A stretch of 64,000 nucleotides of DNA from NCBI RefSeq assembly GCF_964213995.1, contig NC_135807.1, positions 73,718,001 to 73,782,000 on the forward strand, read 5' to 3'. A program made the translations under genes and the position numbers. Shown here piece by piece: positions 63,650-64,000 of this stretch. The notes beneath the pieces are model-generated. The model searched no databases. It saw nothing but the letters and a program-made list of their open reading frames with translations, and was not told the origin of the DNA. Origin of the DNA: Mustelus asterias (lineage: Eukaryota). The number at the start of each line of letters is the position of its first letter. Positions within the stretch are counted from its first letter, which is position 1.

Positions 63650-63945
63650 TGTGGTGAACCATTGTTGGTTACCACCGGGAGTGCTGAGCCATGGTTTGGC
63701 CAGCACTATGAGTCTGTAGATATGTTACTGTTGGGGTTAGGGTTGGGCTGTTCTACCTGTTAATATAGTCCTATGGTACACCCCAGTTGGCTCCGCCTTC
63801 CGGGAGAGGTATAAAGGTCACTGCTCTGCCTGGTGACCCTTTAGTCTGGGATTGTATACTGTATATAGTAGCTCCGTTATTGTTGGCAATAAAAGCCTTT
63901 ATTTCCCGGGTACATCCAGCCTCCCGTGTGATTTATCGCGCATCA
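63650..63945 (+). mobile_element. Complete solo LTR
   Basis: TG..CA termini, 5-bp TSD ACATG (63645-63649, 63946-63950), TATAAA at 63810, AATAAA at 63888; same family as 1-236. Confidence 0.85.
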
Positions 63946-64000
63946 ACATGCTCGCTCTAATTCCTAGTGGACATGGGTTTGAAGAATAAAACTTACGCAA

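Overview
Eukaryotic, repeat-dominated DNA, very likely a cartilaginous fish (shark). The evidence is HE1/V-type SINEs, Deu-domain (SacSINE1-like) SINEs and abundant CR1 LINEs. I found no intact host gene, rRNA, tRNA or CRISPR array. Nearly all long ORFs are decayed transposon pieces or their antisense shadows. The window holds many nested CR1-clade LINE fragments of at least two families, two RTE fragments, one Daphne/jockey-like RT remnant, two decayed Gypsy retrotransposons and two same-family LTRs at the window ends. It also holds Harbinger-type MITEs, a Harbinger Myb/SANT pseudogene, a Helentron-like non-autonomous element and two families of Penelope-like elements (PLEs). The most notable signals are minimal hammerhead ribozyme motifs with compensatory base changes in the PLE pseudo-LTRs, a near-perfect 440-bp PLE fold-back carrying one ribozyme per strand, and 12-bp target-site duplications on three PLE insertions. 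There is also a local inverted templated insertion and a few candidate host exons that I cannot assign to a gene. Family names come from pattern recognition, not database searches, and boundaries of old repeats are approximate.
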